Shown one piece after another: positions 26,288 through 34,691 of a DNA stretch of 34,691 nt. Under the pieces are notes generated by a model. That model ran no database searches. It worked only from the letters and a program-made list of their open reading frames with translations, and was not told the DNA's origin. Where the stretch lies: NCBI GenBank assembly GCA_020348925.1, contig CP070758.1:1630469-1665159 (forward strand), written 5' to 3'. A program made the translations under genes and the position numbers. This DNA is from Gemmatimonadota bacterium. Lineage in GTDB: Bacteria > JBHIER01 > G020348925. The first letter of the stretch is position 1. Every line of letters begins with the position of its first letter.

Positions 26288-27601
26288 ATGCGCGTCCTCG
26301 GCCTGGCCGGGCCGGCCATGGCCAGCATGCTCTCGCATACACTCCTGACCCTGGTCGATACGGCTATGGTGGGGCGATTGGGAGCCGATGCCCTGGCGGC
26401 AGTGGGAATTGGGGGCATGGCGATGTATGTCGTCATGAGCGCATTCTTTGCCATCGATTCCGGATCGAGGGCCATCGTGGCCAGGTATTTTGGGGCTGGC
26501 GATTGCTCCAGGTGCGGACAGGTCTGTCAGCAGGCTCTTTTCCTGTCCCTTGTTTTTGGCATAATCCTGTCGATCGGCGGGTGGTTCTTGTCGGACGACA
26601 TGTATCGCCTCATGCGGGCGGAAACAACGGTTGTTGCCCTGGGGGGCGAGTATTTAAAACTGCGGCTCTTGGCTGCCACCTTTATTTTCGCGGCCTTTGC
26701 TTTCAACGGCTTTTTCACCGGGCTCGGCGATACCAAGACGCCCATGGTCGTCATGATTACGGCCAACTCTCTCAACGTCATCCTCAATTATGTCCTCATC
26801 TTTGGCAAACTGGGTTTTCCGGCCCTGGGCGTTGAAGGCGCGGCACTGGCCACCGTTATCGCCAGGGTTTCAGGATTTCTTCTGTATGCCATCATTATCC
26901 TTTCAAAAACCGCTCTGAAGGCATATCGGCCGCGACTGACTTTTTCGCCCCACTGGGAACGAATGAAGCAGCTGATCCGGATCGCCGCGCCCACGTCCTT
27001 CGAGCAGGTGATGCAGGCGACAGGATTTCTCGCCTTCACCACCATCATCACACAGTTGGGGACGATTCCCTTGGCGGCAAACAATATCGGTCTCAATATA
27101 ACCATGATTTCATTTATGCCGGCCTACGGTTTTGGTGTGGCGGCCTCGGCTCTGGTCGGTCAGAATCTGGGAGCGAAAAAGATCGAAGCGGCGGAACGGA
27201 GCGGATGGACAGCCGCCATTTTGGGGGTTTTCTTTATGACCCTTATGGGACTCGTGTTTTTCTTTCTGCCGAAATATCTGATGGTTATCTTCACCAATGA
27301 TCAACAGGTCATACATAAGGGTGTCACAATCTTAAAAATTCTGGCCTTCGTTCAACCCTTTGATGCGCTCCACATCGTGCTGGGTCTGGCGCTGCGGGGT
27401 GCGGCGGACACAAAGTGGGTTATGGCCTGCAACCTGATTATTACGTGGCTGCTTTTCGTGCCGCTGTCCTATGTGTTGGCACTGCCTTTGGGTGCGGGAC
27501 TGAGTGGTGCGTGGGGGGGGCTGGCGTTGTTCATCTTCTCGGCCGGCATAGCCATGACGTGGCGGTTTCGTGGAGGAAAATGGAAAGAGATCGAAGTGTG
27601 A
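26288..27601 (+). CDS. MATE family efflux transporter
   Basis: VDTAMVGRLG, GLGDTKTPM, LNYVLIFGKLGFPALGVEGAALATVIA, GQNLGA, LRGAADT, terminal RFRGGKW. The start is ATG 26288 or the in-frame CTG 26258. Confidence 0.93.
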   Translation: MRVLGLAGPAMASMLSHTLLTLVDTAMVGRLGADALAAVGIGGMAMYVVMSAFFAIDSGSRAIVARYFGAGDCSRCGQVCQQALFLSLVFGIILSIGGWFLSDDMYRLMRAETTVVALGGEYLKLRLLAATFIFAAFAFNGFFTGLGDTKTPMVVMITANSLNVILNYVLIFGKLGFPALGVEGAALATVIARVSGFLLYAIIILSKTALKAYRPRLTFSPHWERMKQLIRIAAPTSFEQVMQATGFLAFTTIITQLGTIPLAANNIGLNITMISFMPAYGFGVAASALVGQNLGAKKIEAAERSGWTAAILGVFFMTLMGLVFFFLPKYLMVIFTNDQQVIHKGVTILKILAFVQPFDALHIVLGLALRGAADTKWVMACNLIITWLLFVPLSYVLALPLGAGLSGAWGGLALFIFSAGIAMTWRFRGGKWKEIEV

Positions 27602-27682
27602 CAGAACTTTTCAATAGGGAGAGCGGTAACGTAGGATTTCGAAAACCGTCTGAGTGCAGCGAAAACAGGTGTATTTTAATTC

Positions 27683-27711
27683 TTGACAAAACCTTTGCTT
27701 TCGGTTATATT
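27683..27711 (+). promoter_or_regulatory. Sigma70-type promoter of the HEAT/HD-GYP pair
   Basis: TTGACA (27683-27688), N17, TATATT (27706-27711). Confidence 0.65.
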
Positions 27712-27841
27712 CCGAAAAATTTCGCGGATATGAATATTTTGCGGATCCCATGCAAAAAGAAGAGAAACCATGTATTTCATGATAAACCCAATTTCTTAGA
27801 GTATGTTGGGTTTTTGTTTATACCCCACGGTGAGAGGAGTG

Positions 27842-29590
27842 ATGGAAGAGATCCTCGCTCAGGATAAAGAGAAATTTGAACGGACCAGGGATCTGGTTCT
27901 CCTCTTTCATAAAACGTTCAATACGATGCGGGTCTTTACACCTGACCATCCCTCGTGGCGGAAATTTCAAGGGGACCTGGCTCATAAGTTCGAGGACTAT
28001 CTCGATACGCACGGGCAACTTGCCATCGACGTGGAAGAATCGAGGATGCTGTTTCAGGGATTACCGGTGTATGACGAAAAGACGAAACGCCACAGCCTCA
28101 CCTTTATGCTCTATACGGACGGCGTGCGCGAAATCATATTCGATGCCGGACTGTCCCCCGATGAGTTGAAAGAGATTATCGACACCTTCATTGAAAATTC
28201 GAGAATACCTGAAGAGGAACAGGATATCGTCTGCTTACTCTGGGAGAAAAATTTCCCCCATTTTCAATATGTAACCGTTGATGATCTCCCGGACGCGGAG
28301 ACGGTCGCTCTCATGTCAGAGATAAAGAAAGATACCTCTCAAGATGAAGCCTTGCCGCCACAAATAGTGCTGAGCCCTGAGGATCAGGATAGGTTTGAAA
28401 GCGAAAAGCAGAGCACAATGCAAAAATCGTCAAGGATCGCCTATCTGTCGGAGATGCGAGAGCAGTTCGAGCAACCGGGCAGCCGTGGAGAAATGGAATT
28501 TCATGATCTGGAGGCAACGGAGGCATTAAAGGAGCTTATCGAGAGGGAATATGTTTTCGATCCGAATCAGGAGATGGCCACCTTTCTCCTGGAAATACTT
28601 CACAAAGATGAGATGGGCAAGAAATACGACCATTATGCTCACCTCTCGAAGAATTTCTTTGAAAAGGTCCTCTCGCTTTCTCAGTTCACTGCGGCCAGCC
28701 AATTTCTGAAGGGTCTTGATGATCTTGCCGATGAGATCAGGTCAAAATCGCCTGATCAAGCTGAACGTATCGATACTTCCCTCACGGAGATGAGCAGCCG
28801 GAAAAATATTGAATCTCTTGTGCGAACAATTAATGAAGGTGTGCCGTTTTCGCCGGAGGAGTTTTATGAGTTTCTTCTCATGCTGAAACCCATTGCCATA
28901 GATCCCCTGTGTGATCTCCTGGGACGAATTGGGAGTCAGCAGATTACGACGTATATTTATAAAGGGCTTGAACGCCTGGCTGTTGGGCACGAGCACCTTC
29001 TCGCACAGAAAGTGAGAGATGTGCCGCCACAGGTGGCCAGAGGTTTGTTGACAGTTATTGGAAATATTGGGGATACGAGAATTGTTGCGTACTTAAAATC
29101 CCACACTCTCGAAAGGGATTCGAAACTTCGGTACGATACGATTCAAACCCTGAGGAGAATTGGCGGGGAGGAGTCGAACAAGGTATTCATTGAGCTTTTG
29201 CGTGATCATGATCCCGACATTCGCATCGCGGCTTCGAGGAGTCTCGACTTTTCGTGTGCGTTGACTGCTGGTGGTGTCGTCCTTGAAATGGTCTCGCAGA
29301 AAAATTTCAAAAAGAGATCGTTTGCTGAGAAGAAAGCGATGCTTGAATATTTGGGAGCCTCACGCTTGGAAGAAAGTCTCCCCGTGCTGAAACGGTTGCT
29401 CCAAAGGAGAGCATTTTATGCCCGTCAGCGAAACAGCGATACACGGGTGAGTGCCGCTCTCGGGCTGGGAAAGTTCGGATCGGAAGAGGCGTTCGATGCG
29501 CTTCGAGAACATGTGAAAACACGGGATCATCGGGTTCGGGAAACGTGCATGAACATTCTGCGAAAAGCCGGAGCGTTGACCACATCCTAA
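27842..29590 (+). CDS. HEAT-repeat domain protein
   Basis: C-terminal repeats such as LRYDTIQTLRRIGG, LLRDHDPDIRIAASRSL and TRVSAALGLGKFGSEEA. ATG 27842 follows GAGGAG. Confidence 0.8.
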   Translation: MEEILAQDKEKFERTRDLVLLFHKTFNTMRVFTPDHPSWRKFQGDLAHKFEDYLDTHGQLAIDVEESRMLFQGLPVYDEKTKRHSLTFMLYTDGVREIIFDAGLSPDELKEIIDTFIENSRIPEEEQDIVCLLWEKNFPHFQYVTVDDLPDAETVALMSEIKKDTSQDEALPPQIVLSPEDQDRFESEKQSTMQKSSRIAYLSEMREQFEQPGSRGEMEFHDLEATEALKELIEREYVFDPNQEMATFLLEILHKDEMGKKYDHYAHLSKNFFEKVLSLSQFTAASQFLKGLDDLADEIRSKSPDQAERIDTSLTEMSSRKNIESLVRTINEGVPFSPEEFYEFLLMLKPIAIDPLCDLLGRIGSQQITTYIYKGLERLAVGHEHLLAQKVRDVPPQVARGLLTVIGNIGDTRIVAYLKSHTLERDSKLRYDTIQTLRRIGGEESNKVFIELLRDHDPDIRIAASRSLDFSCALTAGGVVLEMVSQKNFKKRSFAEKKAMLEYLGASRLEESLPVLKRLLQRRAFYARQRNSDTRVSAALGLGKFGSEEAFDALREHVKTRDHRVRETCMNILRKAGALTTS

Positions 29591-29644
29591 ACAATCCGTT
29601 TCAGATGCGGCCTTGAAACCCGTTTTCAATTTTTGCCAGGAGGG

Positions 29645-31111
29645 ATGACAGGCATGGTTGAAGGTGTTGACAGAAATTCCGAGCAAAATCGGAGTGTACG
29701 AGGGGAGCACGAGAGAAAACTGCTGGCCGAGTCGGGAAGAAACTTCATCAACCAATTCTTTGTCACCTACAAGGTCGCCCAAATATACGAAGCGAACAAC
29801 GATGCTTTCATGCGTCAGCACAATGTGCTCATGGCGACACTGCAGAGAGTATTTGAGAGGGAGGACAAAGTCACCTTGGAAATATCCATGAGGTCTCTCT
29901 TCTTAAACCGGGTCAAAATAATTGCGCAATTTCTTCATTACGGGAATCTCACATTTCTTCTCGATCTGTTCGAGGATCTCAATATTTCAAGCATCACATT
30001 TTCAAAGGGGCTTGACGACAGGGAATTGACCGCATTTCTCTATCTCTTAGCCCGCCGAGACAGGAAATGGATGCATTTTGAAGAGTTTCAAGATCGTCTT
30101 GGCCGGGAAAAACTGGTCCATGTAGCCGTCACAAAACTTGTTGAACAGAGCAAGGAGATTGAGAGTGCAAAGGCCTTGGCTCGGCGGCTTTTTGTCGAGA
30201 GTATCAACAATCTGAAGGGCATCATGAAGGACATTCAGGAGGGCAGCGAGGCCAACGCGAAGAGAACCCGAAGACTTGTTCAGGGTTTTATCGATCTCAT
30301 GAACGATCACGAAATGTACATGATCGGCCTGACCACGACAAAAAATTTTGGGAGCTATGCGTTGAACCATTCTCTGAACGTGTGCCTTCTCTCCCTGGCC
30401 CTGGGACAGCGGTTGGGTCTGGAGCGGAAGCATCTCCGGGATCTCGGCTTGGCGGCTATTTTTCACGATTTGGGAAACTTGATCGTTCCCCAGGATATCC
30501 TCGAAAAACCCTCGCCACTGACGGATGAGGAATTTCAGATCGTCAAAGAACATCCGCTTCAGGGAGCGGAGATGCTCATGGAAGTGAAGGGACTGGGAAC
30601 TGTTCCGGTGCGCGCCTTGAGAGCCACTCTGGAGCACCACATTAAGGCCGATATGACCGGATATCCCCAGTTGTGGAGGCAGCGTCGCCCGGATCTCTTC
30701 AGCAAGATCATTGAGATAGCCGATTGCTTCGACGCCGCAACCACATCCAGACCTTACAGACCCGCCCCCAGAAGGCCTGATCTTATCCTGAAAGAGATGG
30801 TTGCAAAGAGCGGATCAGATTTTGACCCGGTGCTTTTGAAAGTGTTTATTGAAATGATCGGGGTGTTTCCCGTTGGCTCCCTCGTCACCCTTGATACCGG
30901 GGAGATCGCCGTCGTCGTGGAGAGTAATCCCGATCCCACTCTCTTGGACAGACCGAAAGTGAAACTGTTTACTGACAAGGAGGGGAACAGCCTTGACGGA
31001 GATATCGTTGATCTTTCCGATTATGATAAAGAGACGAATCGATATGTGAGAACCGTCGTCACTCCCCTAGATGCCCATTCATATGGGATTGATTCCTCCC
31101 GCTTTTTCTGA
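29645..31111 (+). CDS. HD-GYP domain protein (putative cyclic dinucleotide phosphodiesterase)
   Basis: NHSLNV, FHDLG, EHPLQG, EHH..ADMTGYP, IADCFDAATTSRPY, FDP. ATG 29645 follows GGAGG. Confidence 0.9.
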   Translation: MTGMVEGVDRNSEQNRSVRGEHERKLLAESGRNFINQFFVTYKVAQIYEANNDAFMRQHNVLMATLQRVFEREDKVTLEISMRSLFLNRVKIIAQFLHYGNLTFLLDLFEDLNISSITFSKGLDDRELTAFLYLLARRDRKWMHFEEFQDRLGREKLVHVAVTKLVEQSKEIESAKALARRLFVESINNLKGIMKDIQEGSEANAKRTRRLVQGFIDLMNDHEMYMIGLTTTKNFGSYALNHSLNVCLLSLALGQRLGLERKHLRDLGLAAIFHDLGNLIVPQDILEKPSPLTDEEFQIVKEHPLQGAEMLMEVKGLGTVPVRALRATLEHHIKADMTGYPQLWRQRRPDLFSKIIEIADCFDAATTSRPYRPAPRRPDLILKEMVAKSGSDFDPVLLKVFIEMIGVFPVGSLVTLDTGEIAVVVESNPDPTLLDRPKVKLFTDKEGNSLDGDIVDLSDYDKETNRYVRTVVTPLDAHSYGIDSSRFF

Positions 31112-31238
31112 AAGACCTCCGCCCAGCCCTTTATTGAGACACCCTCTCGGAATGCTATGGACGGACGCTCTGTTCCCTAATTTTCCCTTGACTTTTTAAA
31201 ACATTCAGTTATTTTTTATGAACTTAAGGAGAACGTCT

Positions 31239-31763
31239 ATGACTCGGAATGAAGTCGGAAAGCTACGATATACAATATTCCCTTCCAGGATTGGGCCTCT
31301 CGGACTGGCGGCTACAGACCGAGGGATCTGTCGGCTGACCATGAATGCTGATAGGGGGACATTCGGGATCGAGCTCGAGACGCGTTACCGGTGTGCAGCA
31401 GTTGACGACGATCGCTCGTTCGGGAATGAGAGAGCCATGCTCGAAGAGTACTTTCAGGGGAAGACGAAACGCTTTGACTGCCCTCTCCACTTCGTTGAAG
31501 GTACAGATTTTCAGCGACAGGTGTGGCATGCGCTTCGCAGAATCCCGTACGGGCAGGTTCGGTCGTATGCGTGGGTGGCTCGTGAGATCGGCCATCCCAG
31601 AGCCGTGCGGGCGGTGGGGGGCGCCAACGGAAGGAACCCCATTGCCATTCTTGTTCCCTGTCACAGAGTGATCAGGAGCGATGGGGGGTTGGGGGGTTTT
31701 GGAGCAGGTCCGGAGGTGAAGCGAGCGTTGTTGCGCATCGAAGGCGTAATCCTTGCGAAATGA
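31239..31763 (+). CDS. ogt: Methylated-DNA--protein-cysteine S-methyltransferase
   Basis: GTDFQRQVW, IPYG, RAVGGANGRNP and active-site PCHRV. ATG 31239 follows AAGGAG. Confidence 0.95.
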   Translation: MTRNEVGKLRYTIFPSRIGPLGLAATDRGICRLTMNADRGTFGIELETRYRCAAVDDDRSFGNERAMLEEYFQGKTKRFDCPLHFVEGTDFQRQVWHALRRIPYGQVRSYAWVAREIGHPRAVRAVGGANGRNPIAILVPCHRVIRSDGGLGGFGAGPEVKRALLRIEGVILAK

Positions 31764-31772
31764 GGGACGTCG

Positions 31773-33764
31773 ATGTCACCATTCAAGTTGACCTCAACCT
31801 ATGAGCCGAAGGGGGACCAGCCTGCGGCGATCGAGAAGCTCACTCAAGGGTTGCGCGACGGCGAGCGGTTTCAGACTCTCCTGGGAGTCACGGGTTCCGG
31901 GAAGACGTTTACGATGGCCAACGTCATTGCTGAGAGCGGTCTTCCCACCTTGATTGTTTCTCATAATAAGACTCTGGCAGCGCAGTTGTACGGTGAATTC
32001 AAGGGATTTTTCCCGGAAAATGCCGTGGAGTATTTTATCAGCTATTACGATTACTATCAGCCTGAGGCCTATATCCCATCGACGGATACCTATATTGAGA
32101 AGGACACATCGATCAATGATGAGATCGATCGACTTCGTCTACGGGCGACCAGTTCTCTCCTGGAACGAGACGATGTTATTATTGTGGCCAGTGTTTCCTG
32201 CATCTACGGCCTGGGATCCCCGAAGGACTATAGAGATCTGCTCTGCTTTGTCCGACGCGGCGATCGCATCGAGCGAGATGAGATCCTTCGGAAGTTGATC
32301 GATATTTATTACAGCCGCAATGACATCGATTTCGCCCGGGGGACCTTCCGAGTACGCGGCGATGTGATTGAAGTTCGACCTGCGTATGAGGAGTACGCTC
32401 TGCGGATCGAGCTCTTTGGAGATGAGATCGATCGCATCACGCGCATTCACACGACCACGGGAGAGATCCTCGAGGAGAAGGAGCGCGTTGCCATTTATCC
32501 GGCGAAACATTTTGTGACGAAGCCCTCGCAGATGGAACGGGCTATCGTGAGTATAGAGGCCGAACTGGAGGCACGATTGGCGGAGCTGAGAGCGCACAAC
32601 AAACTCCTGGAGGTTCAACGTCTGGAGTCCCGGACGCGATACGATATTGAGATGATGCGCGAGATCGGGTATTGCTCGGGGATCGAGAATTACTCCCGCC
32701 ACATTTCCGGGAGGAATCCGGGAGAGCGACCATCCTGTCTTTTGGACTACTTCCCTGCGGAATTTCTCATGTTCATCGATGAGTGCCATGTGACGCTTCC
32801 TCAGATTCGAGGCATGTACGCCGGAGATCGATCCAGGAAAGAGGTTTTGGTCGAACACGGATTCAGACTTCCCTCGGCTTTGGATAACCGCCCGTTGTTC
32901 TTTGGCGAGTTCGAATCACTTCTTCACCAGGCCATCTTTGTATCGGCGACGCCGGGGGAGTACGAGCTTCAAAAATGTGAGGGCGTTGTTGTTGAACAGA
33001 TTATACGACCGACCGGATTAATGGATCCAAAGATTACGGTTCGACCTGTCGAGGGTCAGATCGACGATCTCATCGAAGAGATCCGAATCCGTGTCGAGCG
33101 GCAGGAGCGTGTATTGGTGACGACGCTGACGAAGCGGATGGCCGAAGATTTGACCGATTACCTCGGTCAGATGTCTCTTCGCGTTCGGTATCTCCATTCG
33201 GAGATCGATGCCATTGAACGGGTGGACATTCTCCGGGATCTGCGGTTGGCGGAGTTTGATGTCCTCGTCGGCATCAATCTGCTGCGGGAGGGACTCGATT
33301 TACCGGAGGTTTCGCTCGTAGCCATTCTTGATGCCGACAAGGAGGGGTTTCTTCGCTCACAGACGGCCCTCATCCAGACGACGGGCCGTGCCGCCCGAAA
33401 CAGAGAGGGTGAAGTGATTATGTACGCCGACCATATCACCGATTCCATGCGTCGAGCGATGGATGAAACAAACCGAAGGCGGAGGCTTCAGAAAGCATAC
33501 AACGCCAAACATGGGATTACGCCGCACTCGATATACAAGTCCGTTGAGGAGGTTTTGAAAACAACGACTGTGGCCGATTCGAGAGTGCTTTCGACCGTCA
33601 GGGACGCTGGTCTCGATTCGCTTGCCGAATTCGAGCTGGAGGAACGCATAGCCGCCCTTGAGGAGGAAATGCATCGGGCTGCCACAGGGTTGGAATTTGA
33701 ACGGGCGGCTCTGCTGCGCGACGAGTTGAATCGATTGCTCGCATCGAGACAGGTTCAGAAATGA
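31773..33764 (+). CDS. uvrB: Excinuclease ABC subunit B
   Basis: [51 protein letters not shown]-terminal UVR domain [11 protein letters not shown]. Confidence 0.99.
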   Translation: MSPFKLTSTYEPKGDQPAAIEKLTQGLRDGERFQTLLGVTGSGKTFTMANVIAESGLPTLIVSHNKTLAAQLYGEFKGFFPENAVEYFISYYDYYQPEAYIPSTDTYIEKDTSINDEIDRLRLRATSSLLERDDVIIVASVSCIYGLGSPKDYRDLLCFVRRGDRIERDEILRKLIDIYYSRNDIDFARGTFRVRGDVIEVRPAYEEYALRIELFGDEIDRITRIHTTTGEILEEKERVAIYPAKHFVTKPSQMERAIVSIEAELEARLAELRAHNKLLEVQRLESRTRYDIEMMREIGYCSGIENYSRHISGRNPGERPSCLLDYFPAEFLMFIDECHVTLPQIRGMYAGDRSRKEVLVEHGFRLPSALDNRPLFFGEFESLLHQAIFVSATPGEYELQKCEGVVVEQIIRPTGLMDPKITVRPVEGQIDDLIEEIRIRVERQERVLVTTLTKRMAEDLTDYLGQMSLRVRYLHSEIDAIERVDILRDLRLAEFDVLVGINLLREGLDLPEVSLVAILDADKEGFLRSQTALIQTTGRAARNREGEVIMYADHITDSMRRAMDETNRRRRLQKAYNAKHGITPHSIYKSVEEVLKTTTVADSRVLSTVRDAGLDSLAEFELEERIAALEEEMHRAATGLEFERAALLRDELNRLLASRQVQK

Positions 33765-34612
33765 GATTGAATTTTCCAGAGGTTGTTGAGATCGTGAGAG
33801 TGGCCTTGGTCGAGGATATCGGTCCGGGCGACGTGACGACCCAGTGCACCGTGCCCGAGGCTGCCCGATCCAGCGGGAAATTCGTGGCCAAAGGGGAGGG
33901 AATCATCGCCGGCCTGGACGTTGTCCGTGAAGTGTACTGTCAGGTGGACGGTCACCTCGATTATGTTCCGTTCGTCGAAGACGGCCATCAGGCGCGCAGG
34001 GGTGATGTCTTGGCCGAAGTATCGGGGCCGGCACGCGGGATTCTGACGGCCGAACGGACGGCTCTCAATTTTCTTCAGAGACTCTCGGGGATAGCGTCGC
34101 TCACACATCAGTATGTTGAGGCCATTGCCGGGACCGGGGCAGAGATTCTCGATACGAGAAAGACGACACCTGGGCTTCGAACCATCGAGAAGTATGCGGT
34201 CAGGGTGGGTGGTGGTCGAAATCATCGAACAGGGCTTTACGACATGGTCCTCATTAAGGACAATCATCTGAGGATCGCAGGGAGCTTTCAACGAGCGGTG
34301 GCTCAGTGCAGGGAGATCAGAAGCGATGTTTTTATTGAGGTTGAAGTGAGAAACATGACTGAGGTGAGGCAGGCCCTGAAGGTGGGTGTCGACCGTATCA
34401 TGCTGGACAATATGGGGCTCGATGCGATTAGAGAGGCCGTTGCGCTCATACGTCAAGCCACGGTTGGGGGGCAGGGTACCGAAATCGAGGCCTCAGGAGG
34501 GATCAATCTCGAAAATGTGAGGTGTGTCGCGGAGACGGGCGTCGATTTCATCTCTGTGGGAGCGTTGACCCATTCGGTGAAAGCCCTGGATATAAGCTTC
34601 AACGTGGTCTGA
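33761..34612 (+). CDS. nadC: Nicotinate-nucleotide diphosphorylase (carboxylating), quinolinate phosphoribosyltransferase
   Basis: ED...[54 protein letters not shown] overlap with the uvrB stop. Confidence 0.98.
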   Translation: MRLNFPEVVEIVRVALVEDIGPGDVTTQCTVPEAARSSGKFVAKGEGIIAGLDVVREVYCQVDGHLDYVPFVEDGHQARRGDVLAEVSGPARGILTAERTALNFLQRLSGIASLTHQYVEAIAGTGAEILDTRKTTPGLRTIEKYAVRVGGGRNHRTGLYDMVLIKDNHLRIAGSFQRAVAQCREIRSDVFIEVEVRNMTEVRQALKVGVDRIMLDNMGLDAIREAVALIRQATVGGQGTEIEASGGINLENVRCVAETGVDFISVGALTHSVKALDISFNVV

Positions 34613-34691
34613 GAGGTTACTTGTGAGATGATGAGCCTTGGGAACCGTTCGATGTCACCCTACGAGCAGGTCGTCCTGCCGGCCTCGGAAC

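Noticed and set aside
31188-31215. Possible promoter or SOS box upstream of ogt-uvrB
   Set aside because: TTGACT with TATTTT at 16-nt spacing is plausible but weak, and no LexA-box palindrome was recognisable.
32139-34456. Minus-strand ORFs of 239 aa and 233 aa opposite uvrB and nadC
   Set aside because: Shadows of conserved housekeeping genes.
34620-34691. Start of a gene downstream of nadC
   Set aside because: Too little sequence to assign a frame or product.

Overview
A 34.7-kb scaffold window from a diderm bacterium. The LptD, GlmU-like and YjbH-like genes look FCB-superphylum or candidate-phylum-like, but that is inference only. A 100-N gap at 14481-14580 splits the window. Left of the gap is an AT-richer, all plus-strand block: a 5'-partial K+-channel-like protein, a FIST/NosP protein with its PAS histidine kinase, a second paralogous PAS/GAF histidine kinase, and then a tightly packed run of a POTRA-less Omp85-type barrel, a lipoprotein with atypical (HipA/PI3K-like) kinase motifs, an exported metallophosphoesterase and two tandem NTT/TLC (ATP/ADP translocase family) transporters, the second cut by the gap. 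This last run is the most interesting feature. It is a candidate envelope-localised kinase/phosphatase system with its own nucleotide supply route. Right of the gap the genes are mostly housekeeping: an LptD with a very long OstA/LptA-like N-terminus, HU, a GlmU-like protein, a YjbH-like barrel, an M28 peptidase, MFS, DAACS and MATE transporters, a HEAT-repeat plus HD-GYP pair, ogt, uvrB and nadC. Several sigma70-type promoters, one clear terminator and a family of GTCATT...AATGAC palindromic REP-like repeats are visible. No rRNA, tRNA, CRISPR array or transposase was recognised. All calls are by eye, from motifs.
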